DNA of 64,000 nt, taken from positions 9,186-73,185 of IMG/VR virus record IMGVR_UViG_3300049435_000050; one strand, 5' to 3'. The stretch is from a virus. The translations under genes and the position numbers were made by a program. This document shows positions 18,488-27,543 of this stretch, piece by piece (position 1 is the first letter of the stretch; every line of letters begins with the position of its first letter). The notes beneath the pieces were generated by a model, which was not told the origin of the DNA, made no database searches, and saw only the letters and a list, made by a program, of their open reading frames with translations.

Positions 18488-18830
18488 GGTATTTTCCTAT
18501 ATTCCTTGTTTAAACACTACTGAACACATTTTATACACTTTTTTACTCTTATCTATTATTATACAAGTCACTTTTATATGCCATTATAATAGCCTATATA
18601 CACACATATTTTAAAACATCCTATACAACTTTTTAGTTGGGGTGTACATCGGTTTATTTTGTCTCATATTGCTTTTCAGTAGGGGTAGCCCCCCTCCCTG
18701 GCCACCCCATGATCAAGGTACAAAAACGGCTTTACTGTAACCGGGTATCCCCAAATAAAAAGTAAAATAATTGTTAAGATAAATAGTTAAAGTTTTTTCT
18801 TTACTATTGTGTAAACAAAGCTATTTCATT

Positions 18831-19175
18831 ATGACAGTTAATGATAAACTCTTAGCTGTATCTCAGTTCTATTGTACACCAATACCCAAAATTAAGCGGT
18901 TCATTCCTGAGCATCCAAAAGTTAAACCATTCACAGCATTTAGATGGCTTATAGTCATATCATGTAACCCTGGCTTAACTAAAACAGGTTTACACACTGT
19001 TTATCATACCCATATTGATACCCTTAATTCAACAGTTAACAGGTTGTTAGAGCTTGGATTTATTAAACAATCTAATAGTCCCTACTTCGTTGTTCCATTA
19101 AATAAATACCGTGTCTTAAAGGTCTATACCATTACGCAAAACGGTTCAAAAGTGCTGTCACAGTTGCTTGGATAA
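18831..19175 (+). CDS. MarR-like winged-helix protein
   Basis: TLNSTVNRLLELGFIKQ...VYTITQNGSKVL. Confidence 0.55.
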   Translation: MTVNDKLLAVSQFYCTPIPKIKRFIPEHPKVKPFTAFRWLIVISCNPGLTKTGLHTVYHTHIDTLNSTVNRLLELGFIKQSNSPYFVVPLNKYRVLKVYTITQNGSKVLSQLLG

Positions 19176-19400
19176 GGGATAAACTACCACTACTAAAGTT
19201 GTAAACTCTATTTGCGTGTTACAAAGAGTAACCAAAGAGTTACAAATAATTATCACTACTAAAGATAAGCATAGAGTATAGAATGTTCCGCTATCGCTAC
19301 ACGAGCCTTCGGCAGATAGGAATAGTGTTAGTGTTCGCTATGCTCACAGGTGCTTATATCCCGCTTTAACCCATTACCTTTATGAGGTAACCTAAATGAT

Positions 19401-19757
19401 ATGCGTAAACGCCTAATAACTATTATCACAGCAATAGGATTAACAGTATTTATATTAATTGGAGTATTTGAGCGTGATGTAGCCGGATATTTTAACAGGC
19501 ATGCTAAGTATAACCATTATAAGCGTTTGAAATGGTCAGTGCTTGTTAAGGTTATCAATAACGCAAAGGTTGATAGTTTTAGAACAACAGCCATAATTTC
19601 AAAGGATAGTGTTGTTTCGGTGCTTATGGCGAATAACGCGCTGTTATCAACTAATGACTTTAAGACGGTGCATAAATGTGATGCCTCTGATAACTGCGTT
19701 GTAGAGGCTAAAAATGGCATTAAATACAATATTTATCTTATATCAGTGATAAAATAG
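19401..19757 (+). CDS. Membrane-anchored hypothetical protein
   Basis: N-terminal TM segment LITIITAIGLTVFILIGVF. Confidence 0.55.
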   Translation: MRKRLITIITAIGLTVFILIGVFERDVAGYFNRHAKYNHYKRLKWSVLVKVINNAKVDSFRTTAIISKDSVVSVLMANNALLSTNDFKTVHKCDASDNCVVEAKNGIKYNIYLISVIK

Positions 19758-19901
19758 CAACATAAAAAGCAAATGATTTCTAATCATTATGTTTACTACG
19801 GATTAAAAGAATGGTTTACAGGAAAAAATGAGCCAAAAGAGGAATATATAACCCCAGAGCTAACAACTGTTAGTGAGGCGAAAGATTTACTTTAAGCATA
19901 A

Positions 19902-19951
19902 AAAAACCGTCTTACTTTGGAGCTTGGACACTTTAAGAGATGACGGTTTTT
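19902..19951. terminator. Inverted repeat, possible bidirectional terminator
   Basis: AAAAACCGTC (19902-19911) ... GACGGTTTTT (19942-19951). Confidence 0.55.
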
Positions 19952-19975
19952 AAAAGTCAGTTTTGAAATAACTTA

Positions 19976-20046
19976 GGGGAGTCCGGGAAGGCTACGGAGG
20001 ACTTGACATTCATCGTAGATGGGTTCGACACCCATACTCTCCACCA
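19976..20046 (+). ncRNA. D-armless tRNA-like element with G3:U70 pair and encoded ACCA end
   Basis: Acceptor GGGGAGT/ACTCTCC + ACCA; T-arm ATGGG-TTCGACA-CCCAT; stem CTACGGAGGA/TTCATCGTAG around loop CTTGACA; no D-stem. Confidence 0.6.
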
Positions 20047-20111
20047 TTACTTACTTCAAAGGTAAGTAATTATTAAGAATAATCAAGAATTATTGATAAA
20101 TACTTACCATT

Positions 20112-20666
20112 ATGCAACCTTTAGGCAAATCACTTCCTTTCCGCACCATTAACGATGTAGCTATCCATTTCCAGGAACAAAGCACTTGTATTGAGTATTT
20201 AACTCAATTACGTTGGAACGGCACAGTTAAATGTGCGTTCTGCGGCCACGATCATGTTTATGAGTTGAAAGGCGCTAACAAGCGTTATAAGTGCGCCAAA
20301 TGCCGGAAACACTTTAGTGCTATCAAGGGAACGATCTTTGAAAACAGCACTGTACCACTGGCTAAATGGTTTATGGCAATATTCATACTGTCTACACACC
20401 GTAAAGGTATCTCCAGTGTGCAGGTTGCGCGGGATATTGGTGTTACTCAAAAGTCTGCATGGTTTATGATGCAAAGGGTAAGGAACGCATTTAAAATGCA
20501 GTCCTTTACTTATGGCAAATTAGGGGCCAGCACCACTGTAGAAGTAGATGAAAGTTATATTCAAGGCAAACCATCCAACATGCACAAGAAGAAACGGCAA
20601 AGCATCGAGGTACTCAATTTCCCCTACCTTTTCAAATGCTTTGATAGCTATTTCAATGCGCTCTAA
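20112..20666 (+). pseudogene. Truncated IS1595-family transposase
   Basis: Zn-ribbon CAFCGHD..YKCAKC, GTIFENS, KGISSVQVARDIGVTQKSAWFM, VEVDESYI; runs into unrelated sequence at ~20600 and lacks the rest of the catalytic domain. Confidence 0.85.
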
Positions 20667-20732
20667 CTGTATTTTTAGCCGTACCCTGCGTAGTTTTAAT
20701 TGTGCTAAAACTTGTGCATCTGTTAGTTCCAT
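20520..20732 (-). pseudogene. Convergent IS passenger gene, truncated at the same junction
   Basis: MELTDAQVLAQLKLRRVRLKIQLERIEIAIKAFE coiled coil that runs into the transposase antisense strand. Confidence 0.45.
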
Positions 20733-20895
20733 AACTTTTTGGAATAGACGTTATTAACGTATAAAGCACAAGATAATAAACATTTTTAACTTAAAAAACA
20801 CAAGATTTACATATATTTTATGGGTTCAACTGGTATATAATTCCCTGCTCACATGTGTAACCTATTCTATTTAGTTATATCGTAAACATTTATTT

Positions 20896-20932
20896 CGTAT
20901 AGTACGTATAATGCGTATAATGCGTATATTTG
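20896..20932 (+). promoter_or_regulatory. Bacteroidota sigma-A promoter overlapped by four CGTATA repeats at 9-bp period
   Basis: CGTATA at 20896, 20905, 20914, 20923; TATATTTG -7 element at 20925-20932. Confidence 0.7.
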
Positions 20933-20976
20933 TTATGTATTAGCAATGTAGCTGATATATAAAGCTTGACGGCAAA

Positions 20977-21252
20977 ATGAAAGACCTAACAACTACAACC
21001 ACGCAAACAGTTATCAATGGATCACCTAAAGTTGAAAAGGTTTTAATCCATACTCAAACATCTTGTTATTTGGTAGATAAAGTTTTATGTACAGTAACTG
21101 GCGAGCGCGCCATTGACGTAGCTAAGATAATTTTAGCAATGCATGCATCAATTCAAAGAGCAGAGCAATTTATATCAGGCTTTGAAGGCGATGAAAATCA
21201 AACAGGAGTAGATGATATTTTAGAAATGCTTAGGCGTTTCGATTTGAATTAG
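20977..21252 (+). CDS. Early hypothetical protein
   Basis: First ORF after the promoter; 91 aa. Confidence 0.6.
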   Translation: MKDLTTTTTQTVINGSPKVEKVLIHTQTSCYLVDKVLCTVTGERAIDVAKIILAMHASIQRAEQFISGFEGDENQTGVDDILEMLRRFDLN

Positions 21253-21331
21253 CCCGTTTCGCCCGTCAAGCACGGGTTAAACATCAGCCTGCCTAACACG
21301 CGGGCTTTTGGTAGTAAAAGACAATAAGATC

Positions 21332-21529
21332 ATGAGTATACGCAAAGAAGTAACACTGTCGCCGGAAACAAAGAAGGCCTTGGGGTCTATGGCTCTGGAT
21401 GAAGATAAGAGTTTAAAGGCTTTTATTGAATCTCAACTTGTAGCTATGGGTAAAACCGGCATCAGCTACCTTGCTTTATGGGGGCAGTGTGAGTCCTTAA
21501 CAGAACAATTAAAAACCTTAAACAAATAA
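21332..21529 (+). CDS. Ribbon-helix-helix-like DNA-binding protein
   Basis: RKEVTLSPETKKALGSMALDEDKSLKAFIESQL. Confidence 0.6.
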   Translation: MSIRKEVTLSPETKKALGSMALDEDKSLKAFIESQLVAMGKTGISYLALWGQCESLTEQLKTLNK

Positions 21530-21881
21530 TTATCATGTTATACAGAGTCACTTTTATCAATGCACCAACTCAAATAGTCAGGGCAATAAACAGGGCTGAT
21601 GCCATTACGCAGGCAGTTAGAAAAACACGCGGTTATCTTTCATGCACAGAGCAACGAAGTAATGTTATATCAGCTAAAATAGACCAATACAACTAAGTCA
21701 AACAGTAAACAATTTAAACCAAGCATATCATGAAAAAAGCAAGCATCATTCTATCAGTCCTTACAGTAATGGCTGTTATCACCTTTTTGGTAATAGTTAT
21801 GCCTTCATTGGCTCATAACATAGTATTAGACTTAATAACTAAAAGATAAGATTAACTCATTTAAAATAAAAACGATCAATT

Positions 21882-22490
21882 ATGAAAACTACAACAAATT
21901 ACGATTTTTCAAACTTAACAGACGAACAAATCAAGTCTATCGCTTTATTACAGCACTTAGGAGACAGTTTCTTTATACTTGATGATAAAGTATTCACCGG
22001 CACCATGGAAGAAGCCACAGAGGCTTATAATGGCGCAAATTGCTGTCAACTATCTACACTTGATCTTTCAGAATGTGAAACGGAGGCTGACCAGGCTAAA
22101 ATATATGACTGGTGTATTGCTGAATTAGAGCAGGTTGAGCCATACGATGAAGATGATTATAACAATAATTATATTGTGTTAACCGATAGTGAGGCAGATG
22201 ATAAGGCAGCCGAATACATCAAAGATAGCTTGTGGGCGTTTAACGCTTCGTTCTTAGCAAGTGAAACCGGCCTTGATGAAGAAATATTTCAGGCTATTCA
22301 GGATAACGGACGCTGCGAAAGCAATAATGATATTATCTATAACACAATTAATAAGCTTGGCAATATGGATGAATTTATAGACGCTGCTATCTCAGCAGAC
22401 GGACGCGGACACTTTATGTCAAGCTATGACGGCAATGAAAACGAAGAAACGGTAAACGGTGAAATGTTCTTTATCTACCGTATAAACTAA
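21882..22490 (+). CDS. Very acidic early protein, possible DNA mimic/anti-restriction
   Basis: 202 aa, D/E-rich, C-terminal DGRGHFMSSYDGNENE. Confidence 0.55.
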   Translation: MKTTTNYDFSNLTDEQIKSIALLQHLGDSFFILDDKVFTGTMEEATEAYNGANCCQLSTLDLSECETEADQAKIYDWCIAELEQVEPYDEDDYNNNYIVLTDSEADDKAAEYIKDSLWAFNASFLASETGLDEEIFQAIQDNGRCESNNDIIYNTINKLGNMDEFIDAAISADGRGHFMSSYDGNENEETVNGEMFFIYRIN

Positions 22491-22827
22491 CTTGCCTGTT
22501 TTTACCTGATCGTTTTTAAGGTAAGGTCTGCCAGCCCGACACTATGTTAATTCATGGTTCGGGCATTAGGCGGCAAAAGACAAAAAACAGTATGTAACAG
22601 TCAAGTACAAGGGTCAGCCACAGAGCTGGCCTTTGGCAGTAGAAAACCATAAACAAAATGACAAACTTACACATTCAATCAACCTTACAATGTCACGGGG
22701 TGACAACCATGGTCAAAGGTGATAAGTATCATGGCTTTGGATGAATACACTATCCAGGGCGTACACTGCGGTAAATGGATAGATGTAACCGGGTATAGCT
22801 ACAGGGAGTTACGTAACTTCTTAGGGT

Positions 22828-23115
22828 ATGATAACATTGAAGATCAAATCATTTATAATTAAAACAATGGCCTGTAAAGATATTATAGACGCAAAGCTAT
22901 CCGAGATAGAAGGGATATTAAACGCTTATCCACGGGGCGCAATGGGGCTGACAATGGACAGCGCCAAAGATGCAGCCTGGAGGAAAGCTAAACAGGATTT
23001 TGCTTATTGGTTCCGTGCACTGCAAAAGTATAACAAACAGTTTCTAAAAACACATAAGCGGGTAGGTTTTGAAGTAGTAAACGGCAAACGTGTAATAATT
23101 TATCAACCCAAATAA
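22828..23115 (+). CDS. Hypothetical protein
   Basis: Contains YPRGAMGLTMDSAK. Confidence 0.55.
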   Translation: MITLKIKSFIIKTMACKDIIDAKLSEIEGILNAYPRGAMGLTMDSAKDAAWRKAKQDFAYWFRALQKYNKQFLKTHKRVGFEVVNGKRVIIYQPK

Positions 23116-23285
23116 TTTATAATTAAACTTAAACAATCATGCAAAACTTAACTTTATTTCAATCTGCTATTGCATTACTTGGCGCCATTGCCTTAGCAAT
23201 CATTATTGTTTACTGTATTGTTAACCGTAAACATATTAAAAGTCAGTTGTAAACAAGATCCTGCCAACATTTAAAAACCACAACC

Positions 23286-23687
23286 ATGAAGAAATTATTC
23301 TTAATACCGGCCCTGTTTATAGTATTCAGCGCCCACGCACAAACTAAACAGTATATCCGTATTGAAACAACCCATTTCACGAAAGAACGGGATATTAAAA
23401 GCAAAACCATTAAATACGATGGCGGAACGGTGGATATTGGTATCAATTCCTTTACCATCGACAAAGAAGCGCCCAAGCCGGTATACTATGCCATTGCCAA
23501 GAAAGGCAAAATCGAGCCACAGGACGAAGGATATACAGCCACCGAGTATCTTTGTATAGCTGAGGATAATAAAGGCCGTGTAAAGGCTGTAAAAGTGGTA
23601 TTATTCTATACCCCTAAAAGGGAACTGTGCGACCTGGTTGTAAAAGAAGGTAGCAAGAACACGGACTATTGTATTACAGATAAATAA
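23286..23687 (+). CDS. Secreted protein (signal peptide, Gln at +1)
   Basis: MKKLFLIPALFIVFSAHA|Q. Confidence 0.7.
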   Translation: MKKLFLIPALFIVFSAHAQTKQYIRIETTHFTKERDIKSKTIKYDGGTVDIGINSFTIDKEAPKPVYYAIAKKGKIEPQDEGYTATEYLCIAEDNKGRVKAVKVVLFYTPKRELCDLVVKEGSKNTDYCITDK

Positions 23688-24341
23688 CAGGGTTAGGCAA
23701 AGGCGCTTTTTAACTAAAATTAGAAATCATGAGCAAAACCGCAATGGATACATGGCTTAGAATACAGGGACTCAAGGAACCTAAAAAACGTAAGCCTATA
23801 ATGTACTTTACAGCCTGCTTTGGAAACCTTGAATTAGAAAGTAATACATCAATAGCCCTGTTGAAACATAAATACAAGGATCAGCCGGGAGTAACCTTCA
23901 AAACAATTAGATAGCATGAACACAATCTTACCCTATCTCAAAGCAACTCTATTCGCCCTTGTGGTGATCGTTCTTGCCCCTATCATTGTAATAGCTTTAA
24001 TAATAGCTACTATGTTCTTTAACCTTGAATCAAAACAATAATGGAAACTACCTATTTAACCGCGTACGAATTTGGATGGCGCTATCACTATAGTTTTTTC
24101 ATCCATAACAATATGGTTTTTTGCACAATATTAAACTAAAGATAATGAGAAAGCATTACAACGTTAGTTATACATTCCTAAATGTGGGGTGTACTTACGA
24201 AACTACAGACTTCTACACTTTCGTCAATAAACTAAACTGGTTAGATGAACAAGACGAAGTATTACATAACTCAATTAAAGTTTGGACAGAAGAAAAGTAA
24301 AATAAATACAGTAAATCACTTGTTTTATTGAAATTACACTG

Positions 24342-24349
24342 TATCTTTG
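24342..24349 (+). promoter_or_regulatory. Bacteroidota -7 promoter element for the HTH gene
   Basis: TATCTTTG just before the ATG at 24355, with TTG upstream. Confidence 0.6.
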
Positions 24350-24354
24350 TTATT

Positions 24355-24573
24355 ATGAATAAGGAATTAATAGTAGAAGCCATAAGAGACAAAATGTTTA
24401 CTATTATGGCAGAGGAAAAGAAGAAGTTTTCAGATACTTATTTCGCTGAGCAAATGGGATTAAGTAAAGCAACTCTTTCAAGGATTTTGAACTTTAAGGA
24501 AATTGATTTAAAGAACGCGATCCTGGTTTGCAAATGGCTTGATCAGCCGATAGATAATTTTATAAAGGGCTAA
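24355..24573 (+). CDS. Cro/XRE-like HTH regulator
   Basis: FAEQMGLSKATLSRILN...AILVCKWL. Confidence 0.8.
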   Translation: MNKELIVEAIRDKMFTIMAEEKKKFSDTYFAEQMGLSKATLSRILNFKEIDLKNAILVCKWLDQPIDNFIKG

Positions 24574-24576
24574 GCA

Positions 24577-25113
24577 ATGAGAGGTAGTCACACCATAACA
24601 CAAGAACGAGCAGAACAACTTTTCAATCATATTGATGGTGTTTTATACTGGAAAATAAAATTGCATAGAGGTGTGGTTATTGGGAAAGAAGCTGGATATA
24701 TCGATGAAAATGGTTATAGGGTGATAGGCCTGGAAGGACAACGCTATAAAAGGCATCAAATTGTTTTTCTTTTGCACAGAGGTTATATTCCAAAAGAGGT
24801 AGATCACAGGGATAAGAACAGGTTAAATGATAGGTTTTCAAATTTAAGGGAAGTGACCCATCAACAAAATTGTTGCAATAAATCTGCCAGAAAGAACAAA
24901 ACTTCTAAATACATAGGGGTATCCTTATCGGTACCAAAAAGGGGGCGAACAAAGTGGTTAGCTCAGATTAATACCAATTCTAAGGGATATAACCTGGGGA
25001 GATTTGAAACAGAAGAAGAGGCAGCGGAGGTTTATAATAATAAAGCCCTTGAATTATTTGGAGAATTTGCAAATTTAAATATTATAATATACGCCAACAC
25101 CACCGAAAAATGA
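24577..25113 (+). CDS. HNH homing endonuclease with AP2-like domain
   Basis: EVDHRDKNRLNDRFSNLREVT, SKYIGV, LGRFETEEEAAEVYN. Confidence 0.88.
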   Translation: MRGSHTITQERAEQLFNHIDGVLYWKIKLHRGVVIGKEAGYIDENGYRVIGLEGQRYKRHQIVFLLHRGYIPKEVDHRDKNRLNDRFSNLREVTHQQNCCNKSARKNKTSKYIGVSLSVPKRGRTKWLAQINTNSKGYNLGRFETEEEAAEVYNNKALELFGEFANLNIIIYANTTEK

Positions 25114-25337
25114 AAGTTTTAACCACAAACAAAAACCTAAATGCCTTTATGCAGGCAGTGATCGTAACAGACGCTCAAAGAAGGCACGTAAGCAACGAAC
25201 AATCCCAAATGGATATGCGGGAAGCTAATCAACGCTCTGAGTGCTGCGGACCCCCTGTAATACATGAGGGTCTGCACACTATTTGCTATAGCTGCGGGAA
25301 CTGGTGTTCTATATTATAACCATTAATATAAATTATC

Positions 25338-26816
25338 ATGAAAACCCTCAAAGACCTGACACCTGAAATAGCCGCTAAAATACCTGAATATATAGCAAAA
25401 TACACTAAAGGTGTTTTTGACGGGGAACGATACAACAATTTCAATATTGAATCAGCTACAGCCCTGATAGATTGGAATTACGAAACGTGTAAGTATAAAA
25501 ACCCATGTGTATTAGTAGCTGAAAATCCATACGAAGCACAAATATTTTTCAATTATATATCCGCCAATAAAGAAGCGTTTACACCAATTATATATGCGAT
25601 ATACTGCCTCAGAAATGGAATTGAAGTAAACCTCAATGTTGTGCCTGAAAATAAGAAGCTAGACTCACAGCTAGGCTCACAGCTATACTCACAGCTATAC
25701 TCACAGCTAGACTCACAGCTATACTCACAGCTATACTCACAGCTACGCTCACAGCTAGGCTCACAGCTAGGCTCACAGCTATACTCACAGCTAGGCTCAC
25801 AGCTATACTCACAGCTAGGCTCACAGCTATACTCACAGCTATACTCACAGCTAGACTCACAGCTACGCTCACAGCTAGGCTCACAGCTAGGCTCACAGCT
25901 AGACTCACAGCTATACTCACAGCTATACTCACAGCTACGCTCACAGCTAGGCTCACAGCTACGCTCACAGCTATACTCACAGCTATACTCACAGCTATAC
26001 TCACAGCTATACTCACAGCTACGCTCACAGCTATACTCACAGCTAGACTCACAGCTATACTCACAGCTATACTCACAGCTATACTCACAGCTTAAAACCT
26101 ATAATAACGACTATTTATTTACTACTAATGTATACTCAAATTGGTATGCTGGATATTATAAATTTATAGCTGACGAACTTAGTGTTGATGCCCCTATAAA
26201 TGTGATGCTAAATAGCTGGAATGATCTTTACCAAAAATCCAATGTTTACTCAGCTATATTTTCTGAATTGCTTTGTGTGGTATCTAAATACCCTAAAAAA
26301 GTACATCGTAATGAAAACAATGATATGCACAGAACGGATGGGCCAGCTATTGAATGGGGATTTTCCACCGATATAACTAAATTTGACGGATACTATGTCA
26401 ACGGTCGCAATATGCCGCAATGGATATTTGGAGAAGTGACCAAAGAGCAATTCATTAATGAAACCAATGAGGATATTAAGGCCGGGATATATGAAGTAAT
26501 AGAGGCTAAAGGAGAAGGCACTATGCTTAACTTTTTGGGGGCTACAGAAGTAGATAAGCAATCAGTAGTTCACGGTGATGGCAGCGTAGAAGAATTAATT
26601 TTATATAAAACTACTGAACGATTTAAAGAAGAGGAAGATTTAAACGGCAAAACGAACGTACCGCTTGCCTGGATAAAAATGTGTTGTCCAAGTACTGGAA
26701 CAAAATATTTAATACCATCGGATAGTTCATTTAACTCTGCTATGGATGCCGCTAAATTTGCTCGCCCAACTATAGTACCACAAGAATTAGAATATACCTG
26801 GTTACAAAGAAATTAA
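25338..26816 (+). CDS. Protein with internal (L-x-S-Q)36 repeat, resembling DUF6745-type phage proteins
   Basis: Repeat flanked by globular regions; MHRTDGPAIEW and CCPSTGTKY C-terminal motifs. Confidence 0.8.
   Translation: MKTLKDLTPEIAAKIPEYIAKYTKGVFDGERYNNFNIESATALIDWNYETCKYKNPCVLVAENPYEAQIFFNYISANKEAFTPIIYAIYCLRNGIEVNLNVVPENKKLDSQLGSQLYSQLYSQLDSQLYSQLYSQLRSQLGSQLGSQLYSQLGSQLYSQLGSQLYSQLYSQLDSQLRSQLGSQLGSQLDSQLYSQLYSQLRSQLGSQLRSQLYSQLYSQLYSQLYSQLRSQLYSQLDSQLYSQLYSQLYSQLKTYNNDYLFTTNVYSNWYAGYYKFIADELSVDAPINVMLNSWNDLYQKSNVYSAIFSELLCVVSKYPKKVHRNENNDMHRTDGPAIEWGFSTDITKFDGYYVNGRNMPQWIFGEVTKEQFINETNEDIKAGIYEVIEAKGEGTMLNFLGATEVDKQSVVHGDGSVEELILYKTTERFKEEEDLNGKTNVPLAWIKMCCPSTGTKYLIPSDSSFNSAMDAAKFARPTIVPQELEYTWLQRN
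25659..26090 (+). repeat. 36 x 12-bp coding tandem repeat CTA-NNC-TCA-CAG
   Basis: Variable codon is only TAC (18), GGC (8), GAC (5) or CGC (5). Confidence 0.97.
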
Positions 26817-26837
26817 CAATTTAAACAAATAAAAAAA

Positions 26838-27230
26838 ATGGAAAATAAATTACAGTTCACAGGAGAAAACAGCCACCACGGAGATGTGCAATTATTCAGC
26901 ATATCTCAATTGCCAGCAGGTGTTAAAAAAGTAGAAAATCGTTTGATTGCCAAAAGCGAAAAATCGGGGCATTCACATGTACTTTGCGGAGACTACGATA
27001 TGTACGAAAAAGAAGGGGTTGACGGTGTATTTGTTGTAGTCGGTGAAAAAGGAGCTACGCTTAACCACGCCATGTCCTCCAAACTTAATACTAAAGTGAT
27101 GGCTACAAACGCAGCTACTGAGGTGGCTGATCACCAGCCTAACTTTTACAAAGCAGGGGACACGATGTTTATAGGGATCCAGCAACGTAAAAAACATTTT
27201 AGCAAAGTATGGGCTAAAGTTAAGGACTAA
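26838..27230 (+). CDS. Partner of the repeat protein; His-containing, possibly metal-binding
   Basis: HHGDV, SGHSHVL, LNH, ADHQP motifs. Confidence 0.6.
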   Translation: MENKLQFTGENSHHGDVQLFSISQLPAGVKKVENRLIAKSEKSGHSHVLCGDYDMYEKEGVDGVFVVVGEKGATLNHAMSSKLNTKVMATNAATEVADHQPNFYKAGDTMFIGIQQRKKHFSKVWAKVKD

Positions 27231-27541
27231 TGAATCTACAATGTTACATAGTAGAAAACACGGTTAATGGAGTAACATCGTTATACTTTTGCTCGGACAG
27301 GCCTATTATAAATGGTGACTATTATATCAACACCTCACTACAGCCAACTATACGCATTCAGAGGGCATATAGGCCAATAGTCAAGGAAAGATGTAAAAGA
27401 ATAGAGGCAACGTCTAATACGGCTTATAGCGTGCCTCAAATACCATCCTCGTTTGTAACAAAGTATTTTGAACTGGATAAAAAGGATAGGCCTGTTAAAA
27501 CGCATTTTAGAATTTTAGAAACAAATTTAAAAACCATATAG
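27230..27541 (+). CDS. Hypothetical protein
   Basis: 103 aa, translationally coupled. Confidence 0.55.
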   Translation: MNLQCYIVENTVNGVTSLYFCSDRPIINGDYYINTSLQPTIRIQRAYRPIVKERCKRIEATSNTAYSVPQIPSSFVTKYFELDKKDRPVKTHFRILETNLKTI

Positions 27542-27543
27542 AA

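Larger units (their letters stand above)
19839..20845 (+). mobile_element. Internally deleted IS1595-family element (left boundary uncertain)
   Basis: Truncated transposase; right-end-like AACTGGTATATAATTCCC (20828-20845); imperfect inverted match GGAATATATAACC near 19841; no target duplication found. Confidence 0.6.

Noticed and set aside
19976-20046. Canonical tRNA-Ser/Val or full tmRNA
   Set aside because: No D-stem, over-long anticodon stem, and no tag reading frame; kept only as a tRNA-like element
25633-26088. Minus-strand ORF of SIAV/SLAV repeats
   Set aside because: Antisense shadow of the coding repeat
25659-26090. CRISPR array
   Set aside because: 12-bp units with no unique spacers, in frame within a gene, and no cas genes
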